Below, in pieces: positions 63,156-64,000 of a stretch of DNA of 64,000 nt. Positions within the stretch are counted from its first letter, which is position 1. Every line of letters starts with the position of its first letter. The notes beneath the pieces were generated by a model, which did not search any database, was not told the origin of the DNA, and saw only the letters and a list, made by a program, of their open reading frames with translations. Position numbers and translations under genes: made by a program. This DNA comes from Acidimicrobiales bacterium (GTDB taxonomy: Bacteria; Actinomycetota; Acidimicrobiia; Acidimicrobiales; DASSOZ01), in NCBI GenBank assembly GCA_035700105.1, contig DASSOZ010000008.1, forward strand, positions 3,385 to 67,384. The letters are read 5' to 3'.

Positions 63156-63727
63156 CGCGGTGCCCCGACCATGCCCAACAGGTGCTCGGCGATGCGGTCG
63201 AGTGGCACCACGTCGGCTGCGCCGCCGGCCGCGGCGATGGCGGCGTTCGGCATCTCGGCCCGTTCGGCGCCGGCGGGGTCCTGGACGACGACCCGCCCGC
63301 CCCGCTCGAGGACGCGGCGGACGCCGGCGGCGCCGTCGTCGTTCGAGCCGGTCAAGACGACGGCGACGAGCCCGGCGCCGTAGGCGTCGGCCGCCGACTC
63401 GAACAGCACGTCGATCGACGGCCGGCTGAAGTTCACGGGCGCGTCCGTCGAGAGCGCGAGGCGCCCGTCCTCGACCAGGAGGTGGTAGTCGGCGGGCGCG
63501 ACGAACACGCACGCCGGCGTCAGCGGCGTCTTGTCGTCGGCCTCGCACACGGTCCGCTCGACACCGTCGCCCAGCATCCGCTCGAGGAGCTCGTCGTTCG
63601 AGCGAGCGGCCCGGTGCAGCACGACCACGATCGGGGTGTCGAAGCTGTCGCGAAGGCCGCGCAGCACGGTCCGAAGCGCCGTCGTCCCACCCCACGACGC
63701 GCCGATCGCGACGAGCGACGGTCGCAC
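63152..63727 (-). CDS. cheB: CheB-type protein-glutamate methylesterase, catalytic domain only
   Basis: LVAIGASWGGTTAL, HRAARS, FSRPSIDVLFESAA, VVLTGSNDDGAAG. No receiver domain. ATGA overlap with the downstream kinase. Confidence 0.85.
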   Translation of the reverse strand: MRPSLVAIGASWGGTTALRTVLRGLRDSFDTPIVVVLHRAARSNDELLERMLGDGVERTVCEADDKTPLTPACVFVAPADYHLLVEDGRLALSTDAPVNFSRPSIDVLFESAADAYGAGLVAVVLTGSNDDGAAGVRRVLERGGRVVVQDPAGAERAEMPNAAIAAAGGAADVVPLDRIAEHLLGMVGAPR

Positions 63728-64000
63728 TCAGCGCACCTTACGCCAGAGGCGTTCCCGGCCGTTGAGCTCCTCGTAGCGGTCCTCGAACGACGTGAACCGC
63801 ACCGACTCCTTGTGACCGAGCGCCAGCACGCCGAGGCGGACGAGACTCTCGTGGAAGAGCTCGTGGACCCGGTCCTGCAGCGGCGGCGCGAAGTAGATCA
63901 GGACGTTCCGGCAGATGATCAGGTGGAACTCGTTGAACGACCGGTCCGACGCCAGGTTGTGCTGGGCGAACACGATGTTCTCGCGCAGGGAGCGCCGGAA
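63728..64000 (-). CDS. cheR: CheR-type SAM-dependent methyltransferase, C-terminal part (gene continues beyond window end)
   Basis: FAQHNLASDRSFNEFHLIICRNVLIYFAPPLQDRV is the CheR C-terminal SAM-binding motif. The frame is open to the window edge. Confidence 0.85.
   Translation of the reverse strand, partial: FRRSLRENIVFAQHNLASDRSFNEFHLIICRNVLIYFAPPLQDRVHELFHESLVRLGVLALGHKESVRFTSFEDRYEELNGRERLWRKVR

Noticed and set aside
1-64000. Scan for tRNA/rRNA genes, transposases, integrases, phage genes and toxin-antitoxin pairs
   Set aside because: No T-loop-like GGTTCGAATCC contexts occur outside coding frames. I saw no rRNA-like conserved blocks and no DDE, serine or tyrosine recombinase motifs in any frame. 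The only mobile-looking items are the palindromic elements and the AbiEi/DUF559 cassette.

Overview
High-GC (about 70% by eye, not computed) chromosomal segment with actinobacterial hallmarks. These are a fused E1/E2-type Kgd, GTP-dependent PckG, an F420/LLM-type oxidoreductase and many leaderless genes. All calls come from reading the translations and the DNA; no database search was run.

The backbone is a conserved housekeeping array on the reverse strand: smc(partial)-mutM-rnc-acpP-plsX-rpmF-DUF177, then coaD-rsmD, then recG-DAK2 with divergent rpmB. Further along lie pckG, ddl, def, a uvrD2-like helicase, xthA and kgd. Between these sit acyl-CoA metabolism genes, VOC/HAD/SRPBCC-type small enzymes, two sensor kinases and a cheR-cheB module at the right edge.

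I found no rRNA, tRNA, CRISPR array, transposase or prophage genes. Most long ORFs in the track are Arg/Ala/Pro-rich shadow frames of real genes. Three genes absent from the track were recovered: smc (runs off the edge), rpmF (59 aa) and two micro-ORFs.

Observations most worth follow-up:
1. Two inverted 37-nt promoter-like modules sit flush against divergent start codons. They flank a 320-nt ATG-free structured spacer that carries its own terminator.
2. A protein combines a Zc3h12a/NYN RNase domain, an S1 domain and a histone-H1-like tail.
3. Two paralogous small secreted proteins have a predicted mature N-terminus His-Glu-Cys; one lies next to a DUF455 di-iron protein.
4. Families of 50-69-nt palindromic elements occur at gene ends, including a duplicated pair bracketing an AbiEi/DUF559-type gene with atypical codon usage.
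5. Fourteen adjacent gene pairs are joined by 4-nt GTGA/ATGA start-stop overlaps (a putative fifteenth, CTGA, joins acpP and rnc), and two genes appear to lack canonical start codons.
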